Shown piece after piece: positions 62,996 to 64,000 of a stretch of DNA of 64,000 bases. A program made the position numbers and the translations under genes. Numbering within the stretch: the stretch's first letter is position 1; every line of letters begins with the position of its first letter. The stretch spans positions 56,916,001 to 56,980,000 of the forward strand of contig CM060733.1 of NCBI GenBank assembly GCA_030704615.1, given 5' to 3'. A model generated the notes under the pieces. That model saw only the letters and a program-made list of their open reading frames with translations. It did not search any database and was not told the origin of the DNA. This DNA comes from Takakia lepidozioides. Taxonomy: Eukaryota > Plantae > Bryophyta.

Positions 62996-64000
62996 CCATG
63001 TATCTTTCTGTATTCACGTTTAATTTGCATTTAGTAAATAAAAAACTCGTAGCCTCCTACAAGGGCTTCACAATGAAACCTACCTGAGGCTAGTTGGTGC
63101 AGATGTTAGGGGGTTATGGTGATTTGCACGGCCGAAATCCTGAATCTCGAGCAGATCCGCGTCCTTTGGAAATACAGCTTGCCTGCTGCCCGCACGAGGG
63201 TTATGAATCCCGCCTTCTGCATGGTGATCTGCATTGAATGTAGGTTGGTAGGGGGCTAGCTGCTACCTTAAGGGCTGGCTGTTGGGGGTGACCCTAGTTT
63301 CCCATGGGATACACCTTGAGAAAGAAGGAGACATAGAAAATTAGAGGTCTGACAAGGAAAACCCATAGCTGAGGGGGTTTTCAGTAATGGATTCAGTCAC
63401 AAATTCATGTGATCTTCCCAACTTGATTCAAAACTTTGGGACTGTTCGGTTTTCCAGAAAGCACACCCAAGTTTTTCCCAAAACCAAAAAGTCCCATATC
63501 ACTACAAAGAAGGTATAATCAGACCCTGTCCAAAAACTCTGAAAATTTAAGAAAAGGTGGCCAACACCATGTGGCATGTCCTTGTGAAAATTTCACTCAA
63601 TTGGCCGGCCAGCCAGTTAAGAATTTCCATAAGATTGGTGAAAGTTTCCCCTACTCTGCGGAGGTTGCAAAAACGTTTCGTGCTCACGAAAACAGATTCA
63701 TATTTCTGCATCCACATGTCCTGAAAGATACTTAACCCCTAAACGCCCACCAGACCCAAATTGGACCTCGACAGATTTTCCAAGAGCCAGAACTTTTTCA
63801 GATCTTGATGGAATTTGCTCCCCAAATTGCCATGGATTTGCTCGCCGTGTTTAGTTTGCAGATCGGGATCCTGATTTCCCTAATTTGTCTTTAGAAAAAA
63901 CCTGAAGCGTTTTTTCAGTAGAGGGGGGTCTGTGGCGGCTTTGGAAGTCGAAGGTTCCCGCGTTTTGGTTGTGGATCAGGTCTCGAGTTCCCGTGCATTT

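Overview
Nuclear DNA of a land plant, with spliceosomal introns, PLS-DYW RNA-editing PPR genes and plant Copia/LINE/MITE debris. A non-seed plant, probably a bryophyte, is inferred but not proven. Apparently intact genes: PAM18/TIM14 J-protein, SIP aquaporin (3 exons), fructokinase (7 exons, Ser/Pro-rich N-extension), alpha-tubulin (4 exons) and two divergent F-box/beta-propeller genes. There are three paralogous PLS-PPR genes: one runs off the window start, one has a complete DYW domain, and one has a doubly frameshifted DYW domain. Pseudogenes include an F-box/kelch copy, a DUF220/SRPBCC copy and an orphan DYW relic. Three things stand out. (1) At 39.2-44.0 kb a multi-exon gene with a ParB/Srx-type (G)NHRxxA motif sits head-to-head with a low-complexity gene and next to about 15 copies of a 30-bp palindrome; a further copy at 19.56 kb suggests a dispersed mobile module with a ParB/parS-like layout. 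(2) Decayed exons encoding OSB-type PDF ssDNA-binding motifs lie upstream of two PPR editing-factor genes, implying a PDF-PPR-DYW fusion architecture. (3) At 33.9-35.1 kb there is a tandem array of long hairpins enclosing box C/D-like motifs, separated by possible 13-nt mini-exons. All family assignments come from motif recognition by eye; no searches were run, and some frameshifts could be assembly indels.
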